DNA from: Selaginella moellendorffii
Lineage: Eukaryota; Plantae; Lycopodiophyta
Direction: 5' to 3'
Length of the DNA: 64,000 bases
Assembly: GCF_000143415.4 (NCBI RefSeq)
Contig: NW_003314420.1
Coordinates: forward strand, 41,279-105,278
How positions within the stretch are numbered: position 1 is the first letter of the stretch; each line of letters begins with the position of its first letter. The notes beneath the pieces were generated by a model. The model was given only the letters and a program-made list of their open reading frames with translations, was not told the origin of the DNA and searched no databases. The translations under genes were made by a program, and so were the position numbers. This document shows positions 11,291-25,506 of this stretch, piece after piece.

Positions 11291-13699
11291 GCAGATATCA
11301 TCGAGTTTATTGTAAAGTAGTGTTGTAAATTTGAAGAAATTACAAGTCTTTGGTTGGAAACAAATTAAGAGTTTCCACCATCTAGTGTTGAAGATCGATT
11401 GCCTGCATGGAAGAATGAGGAACAAAAACTGATTGAGTTTTTCTTAGTTTTTACCTTGTTCCTGCATAGAAGGTGAGTTGGATCTCATACAACTTTTTAG
11501 ATGCCATGTCTCTGGAAGGTCATGTGCACAATCATCTTCAACCTGTGAAATCACACAGTCAGAACAAATGCATAGCCATAGATCGTGAATGAAGCAAGAA
11601 TGCTACTTTTTTCCTCAAGAATAAAAGAACTTTCACAATCTGCCGCCACAGTCTACCCTAAAAAATTATAACCCAAAAGGTGATTTCAATTGTCACTACC
11701 TCTTTGCCACATGTAATAATTGTAACCCTCCTTTTGGAGAGTCACAAATCTAGTCCTTCTGATTAAGAGCATCCACCATAAGTAAAATTAGATATTCTTA
11801 AAATGAAATAAAATACACTAGATGCCATATGCTAATAGCACTTTTAAACAAGGGAGTACTAACAGAGTGCCCAGCTCCACTAGGAGAAATAACATCTTTT
11901 AACAATTTCTAGAATATGAAAATACATGTACCCCTCTAGGAAAAGTAGCATTTAAAATTGTAGTTATTCCTTTATGGTTACATTACAGCAAACAGAATGG
12001 TCAACTTATTTAATACATTGATTAAATATTTTGATTAGAGGAGATGTGAAATACAAAAATATAAATATAATTTTTTTCTATTTTGAAGTACTCCTAATTA
12101 TTCACAGTTTGATTAAAAACATATCTATTTTGACTGATTATATTTCTTATATCTTTGTTATAATCGCTAATATCTTAAGTTCTTTGAAATTATTTTGAAT
12201 TAAAATGAACTGTAGAAATGTCAATAAACAACTCCACATTAGACTCTCAGAAAGAAGAGACCTCTTTGATCATACTTAATTATGTATTATAAGTTCAAAG
12301 AATAATCTTCTTTATGTACTTAGTATCATTACTATTGAGGAACATGCAAGCGCACATTTTTCTAGCTAAGGACCTAAGGTGCTTACACACAGCCACTTAA
12401 TATGAAATCTTCTATAGAAATTGACCAAAAAAGAAAAAAATTAAGAATTAATTATAAATAAATTCTACTGTCAAAATGATCCACTATAAAAATCATATAA
12501 AGCTTAAAACAAGACAAATTCCTCTTCACAAAGCTAGTATAAACAGTGAATTCAATTGTGATGTTAGGGAGTATATAGAGTTAAAACTCACTCAAATTCT
12601 TTTAGAAATGAAAAGGAAAAAGCATGATAAATATTTAACTTTCAAATCTGTACAACCACAAAAAACACTCATGTAGTTGTGAAAATTAATAAGCTTTTCT
12701 TTAGTTATTTATGCTAGTTTTAACCTAATATAGTTAATATTAGTTACATCCTCTTTCTTTTTTGTCCTAGAGCAGAGCATTTAATCAAAAATTTGCAAGA
12801 GAACTCTTATAGTCTATGGTGTTATCATTGAGCAAGAGGCCATATTCATATTGAACTCTAGCACCATTAAAATGGTACTGTTACACCTTTGATCCTTACC
12901 TTGCTCAAGATGTATATAAAACTTTACTATAGAGTTTAACTCTTTGTACCCAGCCACAAAATCTAAACTCTGTTAACACCCTAAAAGTGTTAAATGGTTT
13001 AAGGAAATGGCATTTACAGCACAAATATAGTATTTGATTGATTCAATGTTTTTTCAATAACTTTATAAATATATATAATTCAACTTAAATTTATACTTAA
13101 ATAGCTTATTAAAGGGAAAATTTAGATTTTACTCAAAACCCTTTACTTTACTATTACCTCTGGAATAATATTCTTCTAATAAACATAATATTTCATGTGC
13201 TCTCATAAGAGTGATTAGCTTTTATATTTCCTATTCTCATTGGTTGCAACACAACTAAGCTTGTCTCAAAAGCTTTAAACCCATGTTTGGTCACTGAGAT
13301 GTTGTTAAACCTCTATTGATTCAAAAAAATCTCTAATATTTTAGAAACAATTTGAAGGACACATAGTTATATTTCAATTTATATTTAAATAGTTGATTAA
13401 AGAGAAAAATTAGAAGGTCCTTTTACTCAAAACCATTTACTTTACTATTACCTCTGGAATGAGTGAGTGGCACAAAAATATCCTCTCAAATGATAATTTT
13501 AGAAAAAATTTGAAGAACAGAGTGAGAAGGATGTAAGCCAGTCTACTGATCTGCCTCACATTTCTGTCTGCAGCTCTGACTTAAGGATACGTATGCACTT
13601 TCATAACTCAATCTAAATATCAGCATGGAAGCTCCATTGGAATTTCAGTGTGGGATGCATCTTTGGTCACCAAATAAAAACTACTTTTCTCATACACTT

Positions 13700-15640
13700 T
13701 CTGGCCAACCAAACAAACAGAGCGAACCTCTCCTTCACAAAGCTTTAAGGCGCAAAAATGCAGAAATGCGAGAGCTTTGAGGCTGATATCATTAGTAAAC
13801 TTGTTGTTTATGAATGCAAGAATGCAATTCACACAGTTTGTGAATATTGTGTTCTCGGTTTCAGTAGTGTTGAAAGTATCTCTGACAACCTTCTCCAATA
13901 CAAGATGTACAATGCCGCTATCTCTATCTGTTGCGGCAGTAAGTAAAGACCTGTAATTGATAAAGGATTGATACCTTGACTCTGACAACTTTGTTACCAT
14001 AAACGTAATTTTCCAGCCAGATTTCATGTTGCACACCATTTGAGAGACACAACGGATGATAAATTCTCGTATTTCAACAGAGGCATATCTCTGCATGATG
14101 ATGAAAATAGCCGCAGAGAGTCCATGGTATACATAGCAACTGAGAAATTGCTTGAACACCCAACAGTAACAAAATAGTCAGACAATGTAATCCACATCCT
14201 GCTCCAGACCAGCTTGATCCGATTCATATTGAAGTGCCTATACAACAAGCAAGTGAATACGTCACATCAAATCACTTACACAATTCCTTCACTACTTAAG
14301 GCCTGACTTCGAATAAAAAAATTGTTAGCTTCGTTTGAATCAATTTGACCAAGCAAACTGAGATTTGAAAAGAGATTACTCATTTTCTCTGCAGTGACTG
14401 CACCAGGTATTGGGCTCTGCCTACCACCAATACTGCCGTATGGTCCTCAACGTGCAGCTAGAGCAGCAAAATGCAATCTTCCTTTTCATTTTGGAGCAGT
14501 TGATAGCTTAGTCTTTTCTGGATCGTTTGCAAAGAAAGTAGCATCATGGAGAGCCACCGATGAGATAGAGCTGATCAATCGTTAAACGCCTGTAAGTACA
14601 TGCTCCCATGCGTGCTGCAAATAATTTCCTTATTCATTTGCAATATTTGGCCAAGGTAAGCACCATATGTCATCACACTAAATTTACCTTGATAGCATTC
14701 ACGTTTTCTGCTTGATATCTACAAGAGAATGTAGCGATGTAAACTTTGTAAGAGAAGTCACAAAAGCATCCCACTGTATTTGTCTGCACATCACTGCAGT
14801 GATATGTATCGCATGCCTGAACCATTCCAGGCATGGTGAAGTCAAAACCTCGTCATCACTCTTGTCTAGTGGGACACTAAGCCCCGCAAGCATGGGTCCT
14901 CATGAAACTTCTACCATTGGCTTAAAAATTTCCGTCTGTCGCAGCATAGTATGTAGATCTGCTAGAAAATGACAATGACAATAAGGAAACAGTGTTCTCA
15001 GCTTTTTCTTTGAGTTGATCTTGCATATAACAAATCGCATCTTCACTGGACTCAAACAGCTTCTCTTCTTTGGGCTTTCGGATAACTATGTTCATGATGT
15101 TGTCAATCACAGCAGAAAATTATTGTCCTTCCCCGCTGGTTTTGTGGCCGGAATAACATTATCCGCTTTCATTTTAATTTCTTTGTTCACTATACGGTCA
15201 TATACTCCTCCCATAAACTCTTCAGGAAGATCCTTTCCATCGTCAATGCCTCTGTTATTTTTTTATAAATGCAGCTTTAGACATCTGTAATAGCCCATGA
15301 GTGAAATCTTGGAAGGAAGTGGAAGCATTTGCTCACCTTATCTTTCACCATCACGTTGTGCACATCAGTGTTAAGAATATTACAGAATATGGCAGAACAT
15401 AGCTTTGGGATTACAGATGCAATATCGCTCTGCAAATTTTTCCATTATCCTATCTGTCTTCTGAGCCTCCAGGGAGACTGAAGCCCATCAAGAATGTTCG
15501 TATCAACATGTCAAACTCCATATTATGACAGTTGAAGGAGTTAACATAGGCGTGCATTGAATGAAAACTCCTCTTTTTCACCCAGGTAATCCCCGATCAG
15601 GCCTTTGTCTAGATCTATGGTACTCAGGAGGAACTTGATG
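13700..15640 (-). pseudogene. BIG: BIG-type Sec7 ARF guanine-nucleotide exchange factor pseudogene fragment
   Basis: Sec7 motif EAQKTDRIMEKFAERYC; DAFVTSLTKFTSLHS; MNRIKLVWSRMWITLSDYFVTVG; EIREFIIRCVSQMV, ISLKALAFLHFCALKL; frameshifted, small introns kept. Confidence 0.88.
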
Positions 15641-16036
15641 CCCAGTCCTTCATGCATCCTTGGTGTATAAGGTGGAAAAGGTACAGAAGAAATTCACATT
15701 CTAAAAAGGGAATATGTGTCCCCTAGATGCCAGATGCCAATAGGGGATTTAGTAAAGGGAGTGAGAAAAAGAGCATGCTTGGGGGGTTGAGACCTCAACA
15801 CTCAGTTTCAGTAGCTTCCAATAAAAAGAACCTAAATAAATGAATCCCAGCCTTTCTGCCATCCCCAGAATAAGAAGGGAGCCTGCAATAGGAAAAACAG
15901 GCTGTAAAACATGCAAGCACCTCCAAAATCTCATTCATGGGCTCAGAAATAATAACAACTATTTTTTCCAGGAGTTTGACATTTTCCACTTTACTGTGAA
16001 TTACCTGGACACAGTGTCATGAGTTTAAGTTTGATA

Positions 16037-16654
16037 NNNNNNNNNNNNNNNNNNNNNNNNNNNNNNNNNNNNNNNNNNNNNNNNNNNNNNNNNNNNNNNN
16101 NNNNNNNNNNNNNNNNNNNNNNNNNNNNNNNNNNNNNNNNNNNNNNNNNNNNNNNNNNNNNNNNNNNNNNNNNNNNNNNNNNNNNNNNNNNNNNNNNNNN
16201 NNNNNNNNNNNNNNNNNNNNNNNNNNNNNNNNNNNNNNNNNNNNNNNNNNNNNNNNNNNNNNNNNNNNNNNNNNNNNNNNNNNNNNNNNNNNNNNNNNNN
16301 NNNNNNNNNNNNNNNNNNNNNNNNNNNNNNNNNNNNNNNNNNNNNNNNNNNNNNNNNNNNNNNNNNNNNNNNNNNNNNNNNNNNNNNNNNNNNNNNNNNN
16401 NNNNNNNNNNNNNNNNNNNNNNNNNNNNNNNNNNNNNNNNNNNNNNNNNNNNNNNNNNNNNNNNNNNNNNNNNNNNNNNNNNNNNNNNNNNNNNNNNNNN
16501 NNNNNNNNNNNNNNNNNNNNNNNNNNNNNNNNNNNNNNNNNNNNNNNNNNNNNNNNNNNNNNNNNNNNNNNNNNNNNNNNNNNNNNNNNNNNNNNNNNNN
16601 NNNNNNNNNNNNNNNNNNNNNNNNNNNNNNNNNNNNNNNNNNNNNNNNNNNNNN
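16037..16654. other. Assembly gap (N run); further gaps at 37519-37618, 42147-42253 and 45662-45761
   Basis: Runs of N. Confidence 1.
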
Positions 16655-17306
16655 TTATGTATGGTGAATATAATTTATAGTACATGGGATGTAAGAAGTA
16701 TTATTCACAAATGATATGCTTAATAAAATTATGAAACACAAAAGAATGTACTTATATATTTATATTTTTTTATTAATTAATATTATTATACATATATTAA
16801 TTTTAAATATATAAGTTACTATTACCTATGAAACTCAATAATTTTACTAAGTAAGATGTTATGTATTTTAAAATTAGTACAAGAAAAAAATACCTTTATA
16901 TTTTTATATTTATAATTTTATTAAACAATTTTAAATATATTACCATATACATAATATATTTAAGTTATTATCTAATTTGGTATATTTTGGATCTATGTTT
17001 ATAAAAATATATTCATATTTATTATAATCTATATTTGTTTTCTGCTTTAGATTATGGCTTTGTTTAATAATTTAATTGTTTCGTAATTAAATAATTTAAA
17101 TGAAAGTTTTTATAGTTTTATCTGTATATGATTGAAAATTCATTGGCTAGAGATAATATTCTAGAAAATTGTTACAAGTTTATATCTTTGTTAAAGCTTT
17201 TGAAGTCATAACTCCATAAGTTTTTACAATCTCAACTTCTACCATGATATCACCTATTTATAATCCTGATAAAGATTTTCATACTTATTCCTAACAAACT
17301 AGATAT

Positions 17307-17500
17307 TATAAGCAACTAAAGTGAACAACTCAAAAGACGATCCATAGGGTTCAAATATAAAGGGAAAAGACCAATGAATAAAAGTGCACCCTCTTTTCCA
17401 ATTGGTTAAGGGTTTTGGGATTCTTGGGGTTAAGCGTCCTTGGGTTTGAATAGTTTTAAGCTAGGTGACCTCCCAGGAAGTCCAAACTCAGGAGCTTACA
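17307..17500 (+). mobile_element. Solo LTR of Cassandra-type TRIM containing a 5S rRNA-derived segment
   Basis: T(A)TAAGC...GCTTACA ends; internal GTTAAGCGTCCTTGGG...GGTGACCTCCCAGGAAGTCC resembles the 5S rRNA A/IE/C-box region; flanks GATAT/GGCAT may be a decayed 5-bp TSD. Confidence 0.85.
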
Positions 17501-19959
17501 GGCATTTAATTGGGAGCTATTCTATTTAATTGATAAGTTAATTTAGACTACTGTCTTGAATATTTTAAATTATTATTTTTTATTAAATATTCCTCCTTAT
17601 TCTAAGTTTTTCTTTCTCAAGTATTTTGTATTGTCATCATTTAAATTTTATAGATGTTATCTTCTATATAAAAATTTACAAGATGTCTTACACACTCTTG
17701 ATCTAAAAAATGTTCTGTATTATAGGTGTATTTATATTTATATTTTATTAATTATCTTCATAAATATTTTGTAAAGATAATATATCTATTGTTCTCAGTA
17801 GAGTTATTTTTCTCACAAATGTGACATATAATTTTACTCTATTTATAAACCACTAACTTTTATTCTTTCAAATACTTAATTTACCATATTGAACTAAGAA
17901 GGTCTTTTCCTTATATTTAGATAGGGATTGACATAATACAAATGCAGATGAAATCTAGAGCAAGATTAAAGAATTTATGTAAGCTATATGTTTTAACTAT
18001 AGGAAATTAATTTATTCTGTCAATATTGAGACAAAATATGAAACTCATGTAAAGCTGCTGGTTGATTTAAGCAAGGTTATGAGCAAGAAGAATAATTAAA
18101 AATAAAAAAGCGTTTGCTATTTTTTTAGATAATATTATGAAATGGATTTGATATTTATATGTGTTTACCATATTAGATACCATGTCATATATGAGTGATG
18201 AATGGATAGTTTTATCATAAAGCATTAGAATAGGCTTGTCTTAATACAAACATTATATCTCTAATGTCATTATTATCTTTGGATTTATCTCTTTTTAAAC
18301 ACCTCCAATGTAGTGTGAATGATATCTTCATTGCATATTAATATAAACGTTGTGTTGCAAAAAACTATTATAAATTTTTAGATTTTGTGAATTTATATTT
18401 TTTCAATATATCTAGAACCATTCTCCATTACCTACTTATGAGGTTTAATATAAATGTGGTAGCAAGCTAGATTGATTTACTTATGTATGTTTTAAAATAA
18501 AAAACTAGACACATAATAGAAATTCTATTATTCTTTAGTAAATTATGAATGTTAAAGGCATCATTACAGTTCAGATAAAAAACATTTAACTCAGTATGCA
18601 ATTAAAATTTAAATTTCTCGAAACTAACCTATTATTTTTTGGTAGTCTATAATTCTTATATAAACTCAATTTCTTTAAAGCATGGCAGAAATCTTGTGGA
18701 TGTGTTGAGGGTTGTGCACCTTTTTATAAAGGCAATAAAAACATCAAGTTCAAATTTAATGATGATATAAAATGAGCTTATCTTCCTCAACACTTGCATT
18801 ATTATCTATTTGCATTATTGTGCATTTCTTTGGAGATGAATAGTAGAAAATTTTAGATATATTTAACTTTGTATACAATCAAAATTTCTAACATTGTAAA
18901 ATTAGAAAAGAAGATTTATTTTATCTTGGATATGCTATATCTCCCAGTGGAGCTGGGGTCTTTGCTAGTCCTTCTATATTTAAAAGAGCAAGGACAACAT
19001 ATTCCAATCTCATTTCAGATATAATAAGGATGGTTGGGATAGTGACACATGTGAAAAAATGGGTATGTGTTGCATTTCACAAGTTTTAGGTTTTGTATAT
19101 TTTATGGAAGCATGAGCAGCAAATTGAGGCTCACACTCAGACCAGCAGGAGATGAATTTTGGACGAGTGAACAAATTTCTGCGGTGGTGATGAGTGTGGT
19201 GGTGAAGCATTCCTGAACAACACCAATTTCGAGAATTTCGATATGCACTGCACAGTACAGTAATATGGAGCATGGAGCATGTTTCTGAATGTAGTCTGAA
19301 ACTCTCAACCTCAATCTCCTGATGAAAGGTACTAAATTGTGTGTCACATTGCAGGAAATAAGCTTGCATACTTTCAGAAGGTTTGTTCAGGACTCTCCAA
19401 GAATGAACATTGTCTCTTGGTACTTCTCAATTTTCTCCACCACAGACTTATCAACATTATCGTTCTCTACAAGAACGAATTCTGCTTTCACCTGTAAGTT
19501 GTTTCTTTTGAGTTTTCAGCAAGCCAATAGGACTTTCTAATGTCTGTAGACATTTTGCAGCTCCTGAGAGAAGTTCGCTGTCTGGCCTCCTTTCACCACA
19601 TATGCAAGTGTTTCCTTCAAAACTTGCGAGACAGGTACTCTCCCAACTTATGCAATTTGTCAGATGCAAGTGATGTTTCTAAAGAGTGACTCTGCATTTT
19701 CTAGCATCCACTTGAGCACTACCCCAGAACGAGCATCAGGGACCAATGCAACACCCGTTTTGTGTAAACCACTTCCATTCCTTCTATTCCCTCGATTATC
19801 TTATATGCTCCTTAACCTTTTCTTTGCATCCCCAGGCAATTTGGAACTCTAAAGAAAATGATAGTCTAGAGCACATCGATGATTTAAGATATGCTTTAAG
19901 ATGATTCCACGTCTTGACTCTCTACCTCTTATTTTAAAGACAAAGTACCTGGGCAACAA

Positions 19960-20470
19960 CCAGACTTTTGTAGTCTTCAGACAATCTCTGCAAAGGTGGG
20001 CTGTTGATCCACTTTCTTATCCCAGGCAGCTTTGATGAGCTCACGCATACACTCAGTGCTTCTTTATGTGTGAGGTATGTGTCTCTCTGGTTTGTGTTCA
20101 TCATTTCATCACGCATATTTTTGTAGGGCACCTTTGGCACCTTTGAGTGGTTTCCAATTGAAATAAGCTCCCTGGATCTTGGGAAGCATGTCAATCCTCC
20201 CTCTTGTCACATTGAAAGGCAAGCTATGTAAGTGAGTATCTAAATTGTTTTGGAAGATAAGTTCAACGGTAAATCCAATTGCCAATTCTATATCTTCAAA
20301 GCTAAACTTGTCTGAAAATTGTATGTCTTTGAATCCAATGTCCTATTCCAGCTTGAGTTACAGCTTTTGATTTATTCTCTGATCAGAAAATCCTCAAACG
20401 TGCCGCACCAGTGCCAGAATTGTGATTATGAAAGCAATGAGTGCTCCAATTCAAGTGTCCTCCCGCGCTC
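19960..20470 (-). pseudogene. Possible degraded receptor-like protein kinase remnant
   Basis: Minus-strand pieces IGALIAFIITILALVRH (TM-like), KFSFEDIELA (juxtamembrane-like) and MRELIKAAWDKKVDQQPTFAEIV (kinase subdomain XI-like); many stops. Confidence 0.35.
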
Positions 20471-23400
20471 ACACAGCAACAGATCTAATGTTCATCACAA
20501 TTCTTGGTTGGTTTATGCGCTCAATGACACTGACTAACAGACCATTTCGGTATTTCTTTTAGAAGATTCCAAACTGCAATAGAAGCATTGCTACTGTAAG
20601 AACAAAAATATTATATTCTCTTGTGTTTTAAAGTTGCTGCTTAGGTCATGGGAACAGCAGCACCTACAATTTTCAAACTCAAAGTAGGAGCAAGTAACTA
20701 ATTTTCCATTCTTGCCCTGTTTCTTCTTGTTTGTATTGCTTTTTAAAAGATTAAGCGAAACATTTTGTCAAGTATGCCTTGTAAGCCTGATTGGAAGCTT
20801 TGCTCAAGATGAAAAAGAAAACACTCTCTGGCACTGTCCAGCTTCCAGTGGAACTGTGGAAATGGATCAAGTTTCTCTATTCCTCATCTTATTGTGTCCC
20901 ACTCATTGAATTGTGAGTGATTAGGAAGCTCTTTAAATTTATGATGACGAATTAAATATACAAAATATTAGAAATGCACTACTTCACTTTGGTACTTTGG
21001 AATGATCCTGGTGAAAAACTTTGAGGCTTGCAAAAGTGAACAGTCAGAAGCAATCACATGTGGAAGCAATGTTTTAAAACTGATTACATGATCCTTGCAT
21101 GTTTATGGTCTAGAAATCTACCCCTTGTCCCAGTTGTCCATTTTGATTCTCTGGAGGGTGAGAGCATGCAGGAGCTGGAAGACTACGCCGTTCAAAAGGC
21201 CGAGGAGACCACGGCTGCCACTTACAAAGCTCTCAATCTAATGAAGAGATCACTTCCGTCATTCATGAGCATCATCAGATCTCTCACACTCACAATACTG
21301 TTATAGACATTGATCATGAACTTTAGCTGAGTCAATGACACTTTCTATCTTGATTTCTCTTAGCCATTATTTTTGAAAGTTTCATTGGATTCCATGGTGA
21401 GAAACTGCTCGGCAGTCTTGGAGGCCTTTTTTCGAGGACCAGACTCATAACAGAACAGGACCAATACTTTCTCTAGGTGATTCATTCAAGAGAAAAGCCT
21501 ATCATATGGCACAAAGAGCCACTTTGGGATTGAACTAGAGTAACTCCAGAGGTGTGACTTGTCACACAGCTTCCCTGCTGACTCATTGTTCATTGCCGGG
21601 TCACATCATCTCCAAAGCCTCACCTTCTGTCACCTTGTTTTTGGTGGCTATAACTTGGATATGTCCTCACTGCTCCTCTCGAGGCATGGCATAACAGCAT
21701 TTTTCTGGACCCAACCTGTAGCGTTGCTGGTTCCAACAGAGAACTCTCTAGGATTAGATAATGTCTCCTAGGTTTCCAATCCTTCTCCCGCTGAGTAGCA
21801 GGCTTCCAGATTGAATGAGCAGTAAAACTTGTTTAGAACTTCCTCCCATTACTCAACCCTGAGATACTCTTTGATCCTGGGAGCTGCCGTGACCACATAC
21901 TTCTTCCCCAAAGAAAAGAATGATGTGAAAGTAGGGCTTTGCAAAGGAACTCTACTGTGGAAGCATTGAGAGGATAAAAACCAGCACCTCATGGCTAAAT
22001 CTGCATGGTATCATTAGATACCATGTTCTTCCCCACTGAGAACATGACCACATGGCAAGTGCTCGACCTCAAGCACGAACCTGCCATTTGAAACAGGTTC
22101 TTTAGCCCAGCATTCATGCTCCTAGCTGCATTCCTAGCTTTCTTACTGCTTAGATTCCTGGTCATGCTGTTGTCATTCATGCTTTTCTCTAACTGTCAAA
22201 AATATTTTCTACAGTAAGAACCTGATACTTTTGGCAGTATGTCACAGACCGATTGTGCTCCATAGAAGGTGCAAGTCCTCCATCCAGGCAAAACTTCCTT
22301 AAGGATCCAGGGCTATTGGAATTGTGTACTAGGTTTCTTTCTTTTCTTTGCCAAACTAGCCTCACCAAAAGCTCTAAAGCTATTTTTAATGTGAAGCCCA
22401 GCAAATGTCCAGATAAGGAAAGAGAGGTGATATAAGCATAAAGCTAAACTAGGCTTTTGAGTCCAGTCGTCATCTTGTACAGCCCTTGAGGCCACCTTCT
22501 TTAACTTTGCAGCGGAAGTGTTTTTGAGCCATGCTGTGCTAGAGTTTATTCTTCCAATCTTATCAACTTTCTCAAAAGTATTCATGGGACCCTCTAGCCT
22601 GGTGCATCTCTTACTTCGAGACCCCACCTTTTTTTTCAGAATTAGAGGTAAACTCACCAAAGGCTTGGAAGTGTCCACTATTTCTTGTGGAGATTATTCA
22701 TCAAATTCCACCCAAGGCTTCAAGGCTTTGCTTCAGTCAAAGCTAAGCTATGACAATCTAAAAACGTTAAATCTATTAACCACTTAAGTAACACAAGTTC
22801 AGGAAATAAATTAGAACTTAAAAAAACAAATATTAATTCACTGAATCATTAAAGTATATTTTTATTTCAGAAAACTAATTTACATTTACAGATTTCTATA
22901 TCTACTTCCTAGCAGAGATGGGATCCCTGGTTTATTTTTTCTGCTGGAATTCCTGCTATTCTTTTTTTCATTTATTTATAAATAATTACAAATTAAAAGC
23001 AAATTAATTATTTATAAACTTGATTTCTCTTATAAAAGGCTTTGTGATTACTATTACTCTTATAGATTTTATAGAAGCTCATGATAAATCTTATAATATA
23101 AACCAATTTATTCTATATTGCACTATTATCTATAACTTTTCTATCCAAGTAAAGTGTTTTCAAAGACTTATTTTTATCCAGGCCAGTGGAGCTGGATTCC
23201 TTGCTAGTATTTCATTTATTTGTGTGTGTCTTTGAGACAGATTGACAAGACTGGATATTTCTTGAACATCTTTCTGTACCAATATGAAGTGTAATTCTAT
23301 TTAGTCTAGTGTAGCTATTCCTTGCTAGTAAACAATAAATTGAGAATAATTTAAAGAATATTCTTTACCCATGTGTAGTTACACCACAAAATGATGAGGA

Positions 23401-23631
23401 GTTGGTTTTTGATTATAGCCCTGTTCCTTCAATAGCAGAATCCATTTATAAGGTTAAGATTCTAGTGAATAAAGAGCCAGTTGACCAAGTACCACTTGAG
23501 ATAGTTAATGTTAGGTGTCAGCTTTGACCATATGGTCAACATCAGTCAGAGAGAGGCTCAAGGATATATTAAGGCATGTTAGGGTAAAGGACTTAACCTA
23601 CCCTAGGGCTCATAGTGGAGCGGTAGCGTAG

Positions 23632-25506
23632 TGTAAGTGACTAATTTTTCCATTCTACTTTAGTCACTTAATCACACCTCCAAGCATTTGGAAGAGTCTC
23701 ACTCACAACCTCCATAAGTCCTATTTCAGACTTGGGCTTGCTAGCCCCGAGAATGGCATCCATGCCACTCATCTTTTGCACTTGTTCCAAGTGCTCCATA
23801 TGTCTAGTCCCAAGACCGACACCCAAAGGTACCACTGACATATCTGCCCGTTTCACTAAGGCCATGCCCATTCACCTTTGCCGCACTGGTGGTCCAATAC
23901 CACTTGTGTCACAATCCCGTCTCTCCAAGACTGGGCCGTCCGTCCACGAGTGGTTATCCCATATCCACTCCTTAGCATCTTTGGAATGCCCACAGACATG
24001 GGGAATAGCCTTCCCCAACATCCCTTTGTCAGTTCCTACCAAGTCCCTTTTCTGTCCATGGCCATGTTCGCCAACACTGCCACTAAATCAAAGCCCATAG
24101 GCCCAACCACTAAGTCCCATGGTCCTCTGGGACTTCCTCACCATGTGATTGTATCCTTAGTCACTACACTAGAGGACTGTTCCTCCTCCCTTCCCCCATT
24201 TGAGACTCTGGGACCACCTTTCGGAATACCGTGGGCCTATGTGAGCCCCATGGGTACTCTCCCCACCTTCCACCTTTAGGTGCTCTAACCATGGGCTTAG
24301 AGCGAGGTTCCGTTGAGCCACACTAGGTATCCAAGTAGGTAGTGCCACCCACACTTGGACTGGGAGCATCGGCCAGTTGATCTCCCGGGGGAACTAGAGC
24401 TGGCTCTTGAACACTTCACCAAGTTACCCTGCTTGTCGGTCCGTATTCACTCTAGTCTTGGACTTCCTAGTGGTCAGTTCATCACACAACACTGGGTCTG
24501 GCCTTCCTGGGCCAAACTGGCCTTTCCTGGCCAAACTGGCTCCATTGTAGTCCTCCCCCTTACTATACTTTTGGAGCTCACCAAACCCCCCAGGGTTTGG
24601 GAGACGAACGCTTTGGGCTTTCACCCTCTCAGACTCAAACTCAGACTCAGACTCGGACTCGAACTTGGACTCGGACTCGGACTCAGACTTGGACTCGGAC
24701 TCAGGCTCAGTCTCGGCCTTGGCCTTGGTCTCGGTCTCGGTCCCGGTCCCGGTCCCAGTCTCGGTCTCGGTCTCAGTCTCGGTCCCGGTCTAGGTCTCGA
24801 CCTCAGACTCTATCTCGGGTCCTTCTCGGACTCCATCTTAGACTCCATCTTGGACTCCGTCTTGGTCCATCTCAGACTCCATCTCGAGTCCATCTCGGGC
24901 TCCGTCTCAGTCCATCTTGGAGTCCATCTCGGGTCCATCTCGAACTCCGTCTCGGACTTCATCTCGGACTCCATCTCAGACTCCATCTCGGGTCCATCTC
25001 GGACTTCATCTCAGACTCCATCTCAGGTCCCATCTCGGGTCCATCTCGGACTCCATCTCAGACTCCATCTCGGGTCCACCTCAGACTCCATCTTAGACTC
25101 CATCTTGGACTCCATCTCGGACTCCATCTCGGGTCCACCTCGGACTCCATCTCGGACTCCATCTCAGACTCCACCTCGGGTCCACCTCGGCCTCCATCTC
25201 GGACTCCATCTCGGGTCTATCTCGGACTTCATCTCGGACTCCATCTCAGGTCCCATCTCGGGTCCATCTCAGACACTTCCACATGTCATATGTTAGTCCT
25301 TTTTGGGTCTCTTTTTAGAGCCTCACTTATTGCTCGCTTCGTGCTCATTCCTCGAGCACTTTGTTGGGAGTTCCACTCCCGCTCTTGACTTATCAAGTCG
25401 GAGCTTTTAGTCCAAACGTGTTACGCTCGTTTAGCTTTCGCTTCGGCCACTACCACGTGGCACCCTTCCGACTCTACTTTGGGGCCTAGGGATTTTGTGT
25501 CTCACA
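23632..25506 (-). mobile_element. Solo LTR of family A (~1.9 kb) with internal tandem array
   Basis: TG...CA ends; 5-bp TSD CGTAG (23627-23631) / CATAG (25507-25511); related copies at 25665-25971 (+) and 44425-46015 (-). Confidence 0.85.
24628..25275. repeat. Tandem array inside LTR-A: 6-bp units (CTCGGA/CTCGGT) grading into 12-bp units (GACTCCATCTCG)
   Basis: Directly visible; a decayed counterpart lies at about 45375-45660; produces the low-complexity ORFs 24355-25296 and 24597-25388. Confidence 0.9.

Noticed and set aside
13010-13460. ~295-bp-period duplication as a functional element
   Set aside because: AT-rich, decayed and without termini or coding signal
16017-16714. Long ORFs 16017-16685 and 16019-16714
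   Set aside because: Artefacts of the N gap
24355-25388. 313-aa and 263-aa ORFs as real proteins
   Set aside because: Low-complexity translations of a 6/12-bp tandem array inside an LTR
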